A stretch of 48,690 bases of DNA, the filler included, from Streblomastix strix (taxonomy: Eukaryota), in the NCBI GenBank assembly GCA_008636045.1. It is 2 parts of 2 records of this genome, joined end to end, with 100 filler letters (N's around TTAATTAATTAA, not from the genome) between each part and the next. Parts side by side here need not be neighbours in the genome. Positions count along the whole stretch, not along the records: positions 1 to 24,314 come from SNRW01000241.1; 1 more part is not named here. The stretch is one strand, 5' to 3'. The position numbers were made by a program, and so were the translations under genes. Shown here in pieces: positions 1-13,043 of the stretch; the first letter of the stretch is position 1, and each line of letters begins with the position of its first letter. The notes beneath the pieces are model-generated. The model searched no databases and was not told the origin of the DNA. It worked only from the letters and a program-made list of their open reading frames with translations.

Positions 1-249
1 CTTAATTCTTAAAACTTGTGATTCTTTGCAAAAAAATAATCATGACCTGTTTCTCGATAAATTTTCAATTAACATATATCAAAGACCTCAAAAACCTATG
101 AGTCCGAAGTCATAGATTAACAATTTACTATTAACTCAAAAATGACCCCTCAGGGTTTTTTTATAGCATTTTCCAGAAAGGGCGAATTTTTACCGAATGA
201 TAAATTGCTAAATAGACAGTGAGTGCGTGGTTTTGTCACAAAACCATGA

Positions 250-960
250 TTTCAAACTTAAATAAATATTTAAATTTATATATAAGCTATCCCACTTTGT
301 GTTAAATTCTTACCATTTTTAGAATCATCAAATGATAAATCAAGAAAATAAGAAGAAATCATTATTTAAGATATAAATGTATAATTAAATGCAAAAGCAA
401 TTATACGCAAAAGAATAAGTTATGAATCGGGATGCACCGTCACAGGTAATAATAAAGGCTATACCACAGTTTATGTTCTTCCTAACCCAAAAATGGAGAT
501 ATTTGATTAAATGAAGATATTGAAGAAGAATAAGATGTTTGAAATTGATGCACATTCTAATGCCATATGGTTAATTGACGAATAAAATTAAGAAAAAGGA
601 TTATTTGCTGGAATTTAAGCTCCATTAACTGGATTAAAGTTAACATAAACAAGAATTGCATCAGTCAGTGCAGATGGAACTGTTAAACTGTAGAATGTCA
701 AAACTGATGGAATTCCTGGTCAAACTGATGAAAATGATGTTGCATGTTACAAAAAGTTAAAAGAATTCAAACTTATACCATAATTATCTGGATCCGTGGT
801 AAAAGATTAGATAAGTAATAGAATTTAAAATTTTCTTTAAAATGTTCAAAATAATAATTAATCAATCAATAAATCCAAAGATATGGGAAGATTCATATAA
901 AATTTTGGAAAAATAATATAAATTTGTTTTATGAATTAATATAAATGTAATAGTTACATA
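250..960 (+). pseudogene. WD40-repeat fragment (striatin-like), probably degraded
   Basis: Frame 1 (TAR=Q) reads ...TVTGNNKGYTTVYVLPNPKMEIFD...FEIDAHSNAIWLID...RIASVSADGTVKL(TAG)NV, i.e. WD40 GH...W and ASxSADGTVKLW motifs. The expected Trp is TAG (691-693). There is no upstream ATG, and the frame drifts into unrelated sequence. Confidence 0.6.
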
Positions 961-973
961 CTTAGAATCTTGA

Positions 974-1333
974 ATAATTTAAGTAGCTAGATACGTAAAA
1001 GCATTAGTGATATCTTAAAGTACTGGTTTAGGAAATGTTTATGAGTAAGATTAGGAAATATTTTAGAGGTTATATTAAATCTACAGTTTCCTCAGAGATC
1101 TTCATAATGGGAGAAATTTGCTTATATCATTCCCATCATTACCAACTCTTGTAAAACCTTGCGAAGAACAAATAGAGGAAGAAGGTGCAAAAGAAGAAAT
1201 AGATTCGTAATTCATTAATGATGGGGATAGTGGTAATATCAATTAAATTGCAACATAAGCATGAAGAGAGTTATTGAACTGCTATAAAGATAGGAAATTT
1301 TCAAGTTTAGAGTCGTATAAATTGTAATTTTGA
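974..1333 (+). pseudogene. C-terminal fragment of the helical (ARM-like) 'EEQIEEEG' family, paralogous to 43034-45826
   Basis: Frame 2 reads ARYVKALVISQSTGLGNVYEQDQEI...LPTLVKPCEEQIEEEGAKEEIDSQFINDG...IATQA*RELLNCYKD. This aligns with STGGGSHEEKDNDI...EEQLEEDGGNEEIEIQLINKG...KRQILNFYLD at 45530-45800. In-frame TGAs lie at 971 and 1262. Confidence 0.7.
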
Positions 1334-1416
1334 ACAATTTCATATTTTTTACTTTTTAAAATTATATTTTTAAATGACTTTCTGCACTTTTTTTAATTAA
1401 TAATTTCAATTTTCTA

Positions 1417-2014
1417 TATAACCCTTGATGCTTGGGGAAATTTTTGGGGAAAACGCTTTCCAGGGTGCACCCATCGCTTATTTGATATCATATAATACAA
1501 CGAGTATTCTAAAAATAAAATTAGAATTTTTGAGGTCGTGTATCGATAGTGGAAATTTTGCTTTTTTTTCTTCGTAAGGAGTTATAATTATAGCTTGATT
1601 TTGTAAATATATTAATTTCAGCTTGTATATATGTCAAATTTTAATTATCTTAATTTATGAATGAACAGATGCTGAGAAACAAATTTACCAAACTTATCAA
1701 AAAAATAGTTAAAATGAAAAAAAAAAACCTTTTCTCATCATCAGTTCATTCATAAATTAAGATAATTAAAATTTGACGTATACTCAAGCAGAAATTGAAA
1801 TATTTACAAAATCAGGCTATAATCATAACTCTATATGAAGAAAAAAAAGCTAAAATTACACTATTGACATACAACCTCTAAAATTCTAATTTTATTTTTC
1901 TTACGTTCTATATAATATTTGCTTTCGAATAAGCGATGGGTGTACCTTTGTGACGTTTGGGGATTTTTATTACTGGTATTTCCCCAAGAAATTCCCCAAA
2001 CGGCAACGGATATA
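1417..2014. mobile_element. Foldback/MITE-like non-autonomous element with ~260-280 bp imperfect inverted arms
   Basis: Arm ~1417-1680 is the reverse complement of ~1730-2014. Examples: CACCCATCGCTTATT vs AATAAGCGATGGGTG; GTCAAATTTTAATTATCTTAATTTATGAATGAAC vs GTTCATTCATAAATTAAGATAATTAAAATTTGAC; TTGGGGAA..TTGGGGA vs TCCCCAA..TTCCCCAA. The spacer is ~50 nt and both ends are TATA. Confidence 0.8.
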
Positions 2015-2671
2015 TTCAACAAATAAAAACCAATAAAATTATTTCTTAAAAAAAAAATATCTTTTACAATATTAGTTTTTGCCCAAAATATTTATCATCA
2101 AATTAATAATTAGTAAAATTATAAATTAAAACAAGAAAATGGTGATTATGAATTTTTAAAATTATTTTCTTCCTTTGGGTCTTTCAAACTTTGCCAAGCG
2201 ATTTTCACAATCACCACACTTCAAAAAGGTTCGGTAAGGTTTGAATTATATTCAATGTTTTATGAACTTTAAGAAAATATTTTTAAGGTAAAACTCCAGA
2301 CAAAAAATGTCCCTAGAGAGAAACACCGAACTTAAATTTGTAATACTAACAGTCATATTACTTCAAAATTGCTAATAATATTCAACTTATATATATAATT
2401 TACTTTTTCGTAGATTCATAAACTTTAAAATCATATTTAAAGAAAATAATTAGAGAGAAACGTCATAAATTTAATTTCAATTTATTTCTATAAATTTTTT
2501 TTCAAAACAAATTGAATTATTCTTTTTCATGTTGATTATTACTTACTTTATATTATTTATGGATAGAATATTATGTTAAAAATGTATTACATCTATAAAA
2601 CACCAATTTAATTTTCAAATTTATTTTTTGTTTTATTCGTTATTTTTATTTACATTTTTTGTCAGATAATA

Positions 2672-5600
2672 ATGGATATATTAGGCGAAGGTATTTTCAC
2701 ACCTGGAAACCCAGAAGACTTGTTCGAAATGCAGGACAAACTTGGAGCAGGGTTTATTTCATTTATTTATTTATTTTTCATCACATATTGAATAAAACAA
2801 TATTTTTACTATTTAATTTTGCAGAGCATATGGAGAGGTATTCAAAGCCATACATAAAGAGTCAGGGATGCCATGCGCCGTTAAACGAATGACTTTCCAA
2901 GACAAAGAAGAAATTGCTGATGTAGTTTCAGAGATTATAGTATTGAAAACTTGCACTCATTAACGCTGTGTGAAGCTTATTGGAGCGTGGTAATAGACAC
3001 CAACATGCATATGGGTGGGATCTCAATTACGTTTTTTATTTGAGCTTTTATTATTTATTTATTCAGATTGCAATGGAACTTTGTGAATTTGGATCTGTGC
3101 TGAGCACATATGAAGTTACAAAGCATGGAGTTAATGAAGCACAATTGTCTTATATACTTCGTTGCACATTAGAGGTATTTTAATTAGTTAATTTTCATTT
3201 TATTCATTCGTTTATTTAAACAAATAATAATTTCATTGATTTAAATCTTAATTTATTTATGTTATTTTTATTATATACATTCAGGGTCTTATTTATCTAC
3301 ACTCAACTAAGAAAATTCACAGAGATATTAAATCTGGTAACATCCTTGTTTGCGGGTATGAATATTTAAATCATATAATTTTCTATATATATCATATTAA
3401 TATTTTATATTAATATATAATATCAATATACTATATTTAATTCATTCATATAATATATTATTCATATATACTATATCCATTAAAGTGACGGTGATATCCG
3501 TATTGGTGATTTTGGAGTATCAGCACAGTTGTAGAGAACCATCGATAAAAGACAGACATTCATTGGATCACCATATTGGAGTTTGCATTATATTTATATG
3601 AATATTATTTATGCAATTAAATAGTTAATAATTAGTTTAGTAATATAATATTATTGTTAATATTTAATATTTTTTTGTATTAATATAATTATTATAATAA
3701 TATTGGTAGTATTACTAAAATTTATTTAAATAATCTTTCTCTAATTCAATTTAATCATTAATTTATTGATTTATTAATTCATTATTTTTTTTGATTCATT
3801 CATTCTTTTAGTGGCACCCGAAATTCTTAAAGGTGATCCATACAATACAAAAGCTGACATTTGGTCATTAGGTATATTAATTAGATTATTACTAAATTTC
3901 ATTATATTTGAATTTAAATATTTTCATTATATTCGAATTTAAATATTTTCATTATATTCGAATTTAAATGAATATAATAATTTATTAAATTTTATTAATT
4001 TCGTTATATTAAAATTTAATTACCAATTTTATTATATATTCAATTAACAAATAATATATTCAGGAATAACTGCAATTGAGATGCTTGATGGAAAACCTCC
4101 GTATTTCAATGTGACTCCATTCAGGTATTTTACTTATTTAAATTCTATCAATATTTGATTCATAAATATTTTCTATATCTTAATTTGAATATATTAATAC
4201 CTATATTTAATTTATTATTCACTATATTATTATTATTATTTTTATCAATATACAGAGTCATATTCCTAATTCCAAACAATCCTTCTCCTCAACCGGCTAA
4301 ACCTGAAGATTGGGGCCCTGAATTGCTCGATTTCATTCAGAAATGCCTCGTCAAAGAACCTGATGTATGTTATATATATTTGTATAAGTGATTATATATT
4401 TATATATGTGTATATATTTATTTGAAAATGTGTTTATATATTTATATTTGACGATTCATAATAAATTTTTAATTTACATCTATCACATTCATCAATTCAT
4501 ATATTCTATTCCATATTCTACTCAGGAACGCCAAGCAGCAAAAGATCTAATTGAACATCCGTTCATCAAGAAATACGAAACCATCTAATAAGATATAATG
4601 ACTCCGCTTTTAACAGAAGTTAGAGAGACAAAATAAATAAAAAAAGCGAAAGACACACAAAAATTGGCTGATTTGAACGCTGGATCAAGTTCTAATGCTT
4701 CAAATGCTGGTGCAACTGTTAGTTCTTCTTCTAGTTCAAGTGCTTCTTCTAATGCTAATGCAAATACTAATGCAACTTCTAGCTCAGCTACAAGCTCAAC
4801 TTCTAATGCTTAATCAAGTGGTACAATTAAATCGTCAGGAGGCGATGGTTTGTTTTTTATATTATGATAAAACTATATATATTTGAATAATAATATAATA
4901 TATATTATTAATAAACAATTATATATTTATATTAAAATAAATATTATAATATAATATATTATTTACAAATATTTAGATTCAAAGAAAGGAACATTATCAA
5001 AACCAAAAGCAACTGCTAAAGGTTTATTAAATATTTAATTATTAAATGATGAATGTGAATTTTTTTAGTTATATGATTGAAACATGATATGATTTTATTT
5101 GATGATTAATTTTACATAATTATAATAATCTGCAGATAGTTAATAAATTTTTAATTTATAATCATTTCCACTAATATAATATAATAATTATTATTTTATT
5201 ATCATATTAGATAAAAAAGACGACAAAAAGAAAGATGATAAAAAAGAAAAACCAAAAGAAAAAGAAAAATCCGATAAATTAGAAAAATCAGATAAAACAA
5301 AAGAAAAGGAGAAATCTGATAAATCTGACAAAACATTACACCGCCACCACGCACATCATCAGGAGTCACCACAACAGCCAAAAGTTGAGGAGAAGAAGAA
5401 AATCGAACCACCAAAAGTTGTTGCTCAGCCTGTATAACCTGTTTAAGCACAGAAGCCAGTGTATAAAGGTATAATGTATTGTATACTGTTAAATATTATT
5501 ATATTATATTGTATATTATTATATTAAGATAATATTTTCTACGTAAATTCATTCAAATATATTTAATTTATTCATTCAATTCTATATTTACTTAGGAGGA

Positions 5601-5854
5601 TATGGCTATGATGAAGACGATGAAGACATAGAAGAAGATGATGATGTATGATTTCTATTTATATAATATGTAATATATGTGTATTGATGATATAAATATA
5701 TCTGTTATTTAAAATACATTTATAGAATATTAATACATTTCCTTTTTAATATTAATATATATTCTAGAATGCAATTAGTGGAAAGACTTTTGCAATGCCT
5801 AAAGAAGAGCTTATGCGGCGCATAGCTGAAGGAAAAAAGAAGGCTGGAAAATGA
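2672..5854 (+). CDS. STE20-family (GCK/MST-like) Ser/Thr kinase, 13 exons
   Basis: The spliced product has KLGAGAYGEVFKA, CAVK, IAMELC, HRDIKSGNIL, DFGVSAQL, TFIGSPYWMAPE, DIWSLGITAIEM and GKPP, then an S/A-rich, K/D/E-rich and acidic tail. GT-AG introns: 2752-2824, 3015-3066, 3175-3284, 3356-3485, 3581-3811, 3872-4063, 4125-4255, 4365-4525, 4848-4976, 5022-5210, 5469-5595, 5646-5767. Stop TGA at 5852-5854. Confidence 0.95.
3897..3969 (+). repeat. ~3 tandem copies of a 25-bp unit in kinase intron 6
   Basis: TTCATTATATT(C/T)GAATTTAAATATT repeated. Confidence 0.85.
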
Positions 5855-6492
5855 AAACTTAAATTAATAAGGAATTTCAGAGAGAATTTAAAAGATTATA
5901 AATTATATGGAGTAATTTTTGAGTGTAATTTGATTGGAAAATGAAGGATAATTGAGTTTTAAATGCACATCTCCATTAATAATTAATAGGAATTGATGTT
6001 TTTGAGAGGTTTTTCTTTTCTTCCTATAATTTAATCTACATTTCTCACTTAAACTTCAATCAATCTTCTAAACATCAATGAGATTATGAAAAGTGTGGAG
6101 GTCAATATCTTGTTTTTTTTATTATTATTTTATCTTTTACCATTAAAGAGTAGCACCTGACACCACACGATTACATTAAGATTATTTTTTAGTTTATTTT
6201 CATTTTAATTTTACTCATTATCATTATTTAGTAACAATTCTCCTCTGTACCTTTGTACACGCCAATCTCAACAAAAATTTACCACATCGTAATTCAGCTT
6301 ATTTCATTACCCATTTTACGTCTCTTAGGTTTATTTATACATATTTGTTTCTCAAATAAAATGAAAATATCATTATTTAGCAAAAAATCAATTCATTTTT
6401 TTAGTTTAATTTTTATTTTATATGAATTGAACACGGAGGTGAAACTCATGGGAATGTATGCACTGGTACCAATAATTAAATGGTATCCACTT

Positions 6493-7258
6493 TCAACGGT
6501 TAGATTTGGCCACACGCTCAATCTCGTCCTTCTTCTTGATGGCATAGCTGTTTGATGAACCTTTTGAAGCATTGATAAGTTCGTCAGCCAAACACTCGGA
6601 AATTGTCTTGGTGTTTCTGAAGGCGGAATTTCTTGCCTGTTGATGGATTAATTAAATTAAATGAATAATTATATATATAAATTAAAGTTAATATAAACAT
6701 ACTCCAGTGCAAATGAGATAGATTGCCTCGTTAACTCTTCTGATTGGAGAAACATCAACTGATTGACGCCTGACAACACCACCAGAGCCGATACGGGTTG
6801 AGTTTTCGCGTGGTCCGCTGTTCTTGATTGCAGAAACTAAGACTTGGATTGGATTTTAATCTGTCATCAAGTTGATAAGCTCGAAAGTGTGCTGGACAAT
6901 TTATACGGCTTGTAATTTTTTCCCGTTGTTGCGACCGTGCCTGAAATAATGTAAAGGAAGTAAAATTAATATATGTAATTGAAATTTAATGGATATAAAA
7001 AAGATTTACATGAGAAGTGAATTGACTAAGCGCTCTACAATTGGGCATGTGGCTTTCTGGAATGGCCTCTTTGCATATGACACTCCAGTGTGTGGAAGGA
7101 AAGTCTTTGCATTCTTAACAGGTATATAATCCATAAGAGAGAGATCATTTACATCAATCCCTTCGTAAGTCCTGAAAATATAAAAAAAATATTACTTTAT
7201 TCATTTAAATTCTATTCCTAGCATACCACTTTCCAAAAAGTTTCACTTCCTCTGCCAT
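6493..7258 (-). CDS. RPS5: 40S ribosomal protein S5 (uS7), 4 exons
   Basis: [11 protein letters not shown]...[24 protein letters not shown]...TDQNPIQVLV...[24 protein letters not shown]...[35 protein letters not shown]. Introns at 7172-7226, 6941-7009 and 6637-6702. Two in-frame TAA codons; TGA stop. Confidence 0.99.
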
Positions 7259-7950
7259 CTGAAATAACATATATATATATAAATGAAATTATAATAGAAA
7301 AATTGTAGAGTAGAAGAGCGTATATATAACAATCAAAAAATAAAATCCAAAAAGAAATTTATAACATAATATGTAATTTACGAGGATTAGTCATCGAAGT
7401 AATAAAAGGAAAACTTGCGTCTAATTAAAAATATTAATTTTGTAAATTGTTAAATAATGCGAATATTGCAATAAAACCAAGTGAAAAATAATAAAAAAAC
7501 GTGTTGATTTCTTGACGATATGAAAATAAAAATTGCAATTAATTAATATGAAGAATTTTATAAAGTAGAATAATTGATGTTTTATAATAATTATCATGAA
7601 ATAACAACACAAAACCGACTTTTCTCGTGATCTGGCCCATACTTTACAATTTTTTGTTCAAAATTTTTATTCAACTCGCTAATAAGCATTTGGCTTATTA
7701 TATTCCATTTTAGAAAAAAAAATATTTCAAATGTATAGTTTATTTAAAATAATATAAAATCCATTATGATCATGAAAAAAAGTCAGTAATAAATTTATTA
7801 AATAACTATAATAAATGATTATAAAAATAATAATACAAATGTTTTCGAAATGATAAAAAAATATGTTGATTATAATTAATAAGAACCAAGAGTTTACAAA
7901 AGAAAAGAAAAGAAAAAATATATAAAAAATAAAAAAAATATAAACTAAAT

Positions 7951-8054
7951 TAATAATAATAATCTGAATAAATTAATAATAATAATAATAATCTGAATAA
8001 ATTAATAATAATAATCTGAATAAATTAATAATAATAATAATCTGAATAAATTAA
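7951..8054 (+). repeat. 4 tandem copies of (TAA)3-4-TCTGAATAAAT
   Basis: Direct inspection; lies just past the stop codon of the minus-strand pseudokinase. Confidence 0.85.
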
Positions 8055-8076
8055 ATGTAACATGTTGATACTGATA

Positions 8077-11000
8077 TCAAATTATAGTGCAGCATGACCT
8101 ATTGACTTTAGCACTTAACTCAATATCAACACTATTGTTTAAAATTCCTTAAAAATTATGATTATAAAGTGAATCAAATTATTATTTATCCAATTTATCA
8201 ACTTTTTCTTCATTTTTTGGCTTTAAATTATTTATCTATAATTGTCCTTCTTGTTATTATTCTTTCTCCTAATATTTTCTACTATTTAAAGTTTTGCTAT
8301 TTTCTTCTCTATTTTAATATTTGCTTTCAAGATATTAATTTTATTCTCTATTTATATTATCTATTTCATTTCTCAAGTCAATTTCCTTATCTAATTAATT
8401 TTCAACTTATTCATTGATCAACAAACCATAATAAATATCAATTTATGGTAATTTTGTATTATGAATGTTTGTATCAGGTGAATTCATAGTGTTTGGAATT
8501 TAATTTTCTAATATCTATGAATTTTAGTTCTTATTGAGAAATGTTTAATTAGTTTATTTAGATTAAATGTATTTTGATTGATATGTTTATGAAGAATCAG
8601 ATAATGTTTTGAATGGAAGAGATTAGATTTATTTACATTAAGATAATTCCGGTATATTAATTATTTAATTTGTGGTATTAATAAACTGTTTTATTTGCAT
8701 GTTACAATATTGTTGAGATTAACTAAGAATTTAATTATTTTCATTTTATTACTAGTAAATTGGACTTAGTTTATTATTCTCATTATTACGACGAATAGTA
8801 AAAGGAGACAATATATTATTATCATCATCATTTGTTTGATCTTTACTTAAATTTTCTTTATTTTCATTAGTATTTACAATTTCATTGTCAATAGCTAAAT
8901 TTCCTAATTTATTAATTTATTATGGTTATTATTCAAGTAGAACGGATGATGTTGATATTTTCTTATTCAATTTATTTTATCCAATTTTATTATTTAAATC
9001 ATCAATTTCGTTTGATTTATCTAAATCTTCTTTATAATGAACTTTTTCATCCTATTTTGATAGGGAAGAAATTTCAATTTATTAACAAGAAGTTTGCTTA
9101 TTGAGTTTTGTATTGATATTGTTAAGGTTATTCTTTTCATTACATTTATTATATAATAATTCTTTCTCTTACATTTTCAAATCAGTCTATTTACTTTCAT
9201 TAATATCTAACTGCTATTCCATTTCCTGATCATTTTATTTCCTTAATATACTTTTAGAACTTATATTATTATTGTTATTGATATTATTAGTATTATTATA
9301 ATTATTATTATTTATCGTATCCAATAAATTCCATTCCTTCAATTCATCCTATATAATTTCATTCGCAGGTGTCGTAGGCATCGAATCAAGCTCACGAAAT
9401 GACTGTTCAAAAATCAGAAGTTGTGATTTCGAATTTTAATTTTAATTTGATGTCTTTATATTAGGAACAGTTTTCTTCTTATTATTTTTGAAAATTGAGT
9501 TTCGTTGACTGTGAATGACTTCAGTTATTGGGAAAACTTTTGATTCCAATAATTCTGGGCTGAGAATTCTTTCTGCTACTGGACTTTAATGTTATAGTTT
9601 ATTATTTATTGGAGGATTATTTATTGGTATTTAAATTAGTGAAGAATTAATTGTAGATTATTATTGTTACTATTATTATTATATTTATTGTTGTTAACTC
9701 GTTTCTGATATTGACGGAGAAAATAAATTTGTTGTTTAAATATCAGATTCAAAATTACTTTATAAACATTATGAATCAACTTTATCTGATTTATCTATTT
9801 ATTCTTATTCTTAATCAAACTATATATTATTCTTATTAGTAATAATTCCTGTTATTGATTCATTATTACTCAATACATCCAATGAATCATATTGCTCACT
9901 TTCGATACTACCTCCAATTGATCCAATAAATTAATCCCAATTAAAATCATTGATTTTTTATTTATCTTTTAATTTCATATCATTCATAAATTACTCTGTA
10001 TATTTATTTTAGCTTTATCATTATAATTATTAGGAATTTTTTTATAGTTTTATTTATTAATAATCAAAAATATTGCTATCATTCGTATTATCGTATATTA
10101 AAGCGTCAAGTACTTCAACAAGTTCTTGTACTGTGTTTGCTCTTGGACGAATGTCAATTAAGTTCAAATTAGCTTCTTTACGAGATAAATAATTGAATTG
10201 ATCAGATTAATCAGTTAAAGTTTCTGTTGATTATTGAAGGATTTGATTTTTGTAATTCTAATTGGAAAATAGGCAAATTGAGTTTGATTCTGGTAAATTA
10301 GCGTTGGATAATTATGATTTAATTGGACGAATATGACTTGAATTATTCAAAAATTTAATTTCAGGACTTAATTTAAGTATTAAATTTTATTGTTTCTATT
10401 CTTGTTACTAATAAATCTAATCATATTTCTTTCTTAATCTTTTCATAATGTTGAGTGAACCAAGTTTTATCTTTAGTTGTTAAGGATTAAGAATTTATTA
10501 CTTCAGATCATTAATTTCTTTATCTAATTAATCAATTTATTATTAATTACTATTGTTATATAATTCAAATTACCCAATCTATTCAGTAATATTCTTATAA
10601 TATTCTTACTTATTTTCTAGCTATTCAATTTTGTAATCAATTTTCTAAGCTTACTAAATATGATGCATTATTATATGATTTCTTTCGTTATTCATTTCTT
10701 CTTCAAAATCAAATGGAGCATTTAGATCAATTTCATTTTCATAAGCTGCTTATTTAAATAAGGATATTAAATATGCATAATCTGGATCTGTTGTATAATC
10801 AAGTGATAAGATGTATGATTCAAATAAGAGGAACTGTTTTGGAAGCCATTTGAGAAGCTTATGACCATGGTAATGAAGCTTTAATTGTTCGGTCTGATCC
10901 TGTATTATAAAATTAAGTAATTGAAATAAATCAATAATTAATTAATTAAAATAAATCTTTATAAAAAATAATAAAAATTAATTAATACATAAAAAATAAT

Positions 11001-12104
11001 ATTAATAATAATAATAATATTAATAAAATATATTTTTCATACAACATCTTCATTATCCGTCCAAGGTAGTTTCCCATTATAGAACTCAACTAAGATATAA
11101 AGCAAACTCATCAGATCATCATTTCTTCCCAAATCAACAAATTTATGCGCATTCAGTGAAGCGTACATCAATGAACCTTGAAAAGTACTTTCATTTGTCG
11201 GCTATTTGAAATTATAAAAATATAATAATGTATATAAATTAAATGAAAGATACAATTAGTGTCATATAAATGAAAAATTTAAATAAAATCAAATAAATGA
11301 AATTTTCTATTTATATCGACAAATAAATAAATACATTTATAAATTAATATTCAAACTTTGACAACAACGCCATCACGCGTAGTGATCCTCTTGCACATCT
11401 TAAAGTTGATAAGATAAAATGAACCAGTTTTATCAGGCGTGTTTCCAATCAAAAAATTGCTCTAAGAAATAAAAAATTAATTAAAAAAAATGAAAATATA
11501 AATATCAATTATATAACATAATATATTTATATAAAAATAAACTATAAAATATTCAAACATACCGGTTTGATGTCTTGATGAATAAATCCTTTGTTATGCA
11601 CTATTTGAATGGCCTCAATAGCTTAAATACCAAATTTTAGTATAGAATGAAGTTTGAATTTATACGGTTTCTTAAAGTTTACCAAGTCTCTGAAAGATAA
11701 ATTATAATAAATAAAAATAATTAAATTATTAGCAATTATTATACATCATATTTGGACCGAGTAATTCATATGCCAAGTATTTATAATTGTTGTACGAACC
11801 GAATTAATAAAATTTTGGAATATGATTCGAATTATCTTGTTAATAATAGTATAAAAATATCAATTTGAAAGAGGAATATTATGAAAAATTAAAAAAATAT
11901 ACCTAAAATTTTCAGGACTGCGGATTCAACACAGATTGAAGTTTGTTTTCGATTGTCTTTCTCCAATATTATAGCAACTTGTTTCATTGATGTATCAAGA
12001 GCAGAAAAAACAGTAATATTTTCTCCTTCAGCAATCTTTAATATTAATTTATAGCACCCATTTATAGTATCACCAACATGAATTTGAATCTCTTCTTCTT
12101 TCAT
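8077..12104 (-). CDS. CK1/tau-tubulin-kinase-family protein (likely pseudokinase) with long coiled-coil/low-complexity tail and C-terminal CaaX, 6 exons
   Basis: Motifs YELLGPNM, GIQAIEAIQIVHNKGFIHQDIKPSNFLIG, FQGSLMYASLNAH, DLGRNDDLMSLLYILVEFYNGKLPW and LDYTTDPDY. Introns at about 11837-11902, 11690-11744, 11462-11562, 11202-11356 and 10900-11042. The last exon (10899-8077) stays in one frame where checked and ends NRSCCTII-TGA. Confidence 0.9.
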
Positions 12105-13043
12105 CGATTTCTAAACAAGAGTTCGTAATAAAAAGAATGAAAGATAAATAAAAAAAATAAAAAAGAATGTTAACGGTATTTATTTGATTAAAAAACTTAT
12201 TTTAAAGAATAAAAATGCGTTTAATTTTAATTTAAGAGGTATTCAAATATATAATAAACAATACGAGAAATAGGAGATGAAAAAGTATGATTTTTTGTTA
12301 ATAAAACTTTTTATGTCGGTACGTGTGCTTATGTAGAGTAATTGTATAAATAAAATCCCGGAGAAAATGTGTGATTATTATATTTTTTGTTAAATTAGTA
12401 GCTGGTATCTCTGAACTTTTTTAATTAATTTTGTTTTAAAATCCGTGTCATGGATAAATAATTTTATAATTTCTAACAAAATTAAATAAGAAAATAATTT
12501 TATGTATTAAATTCACTAAAAATTATCCTATTCATTTGTGGAATACAAAGAACTAAAACGAAATAGAATTTTAGAAATATTAGAAATGAATTAAAAGCTT
12601 GTATAACTGATAAATTTTTATATTTCAACTTAAATTTCAGTTTATAAACTGTTTCTTATTCAATTTTTTAATTTAACTTACATTAATTATTCAAATATAA
12701 TCAAATAAAAATTTTTGAAAAAAAATCCATTTTTCTGATCTAAAATATATTTAAATATTTTTAATTTAAATTGAAATATTTTTAAAATTTTGTAACTTGA
12801 TTGTTTCATATCTAAAATTTTTAATTAACTTCTGAATATGCTTCCAATTTCTTTTAATTTCTTTTTCTCCTTATATTGAAAATTTCTTCAATTGAAATAA
12901 ATTTAATTTATTTAAATTCTCAAATTTGCTATTTAGTCTCATCATTAAATAAAATTTTTAATTTAAATTAAACTTTATAACTATTATTTGATCTGCTTTG
13001 CTTTCCTATTATATTTTTTTTTTCGTACTTTGCTTTTAGTCAA

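Noticed and set aside
691..693. TAG at a conserved WD40 Trp suggesting TAG=Trp
   Set aside because: A single instance in a decayed fragment (TGG>TAG); elsewhere TAG alternates with TAA in Q-runs and repeat copies
1431..1450. TTGGGG-like telomeric repeats or G-quadruplex
   Set aside because: Only two G-runs per arm, and they are part of the inverted repeat rather than a tandem telomere array
6253..6555. 100-aa plus-strand ORF
   Set aside because: Antisense to the RPS5 3' end and UTR, with no recognisable motifs
7620..7632. TCTCGTGA motif shared with ~42662 as a promoter element
   Set aside because: Only two occurrences of an 8-mer; cannot be distinguished from chance
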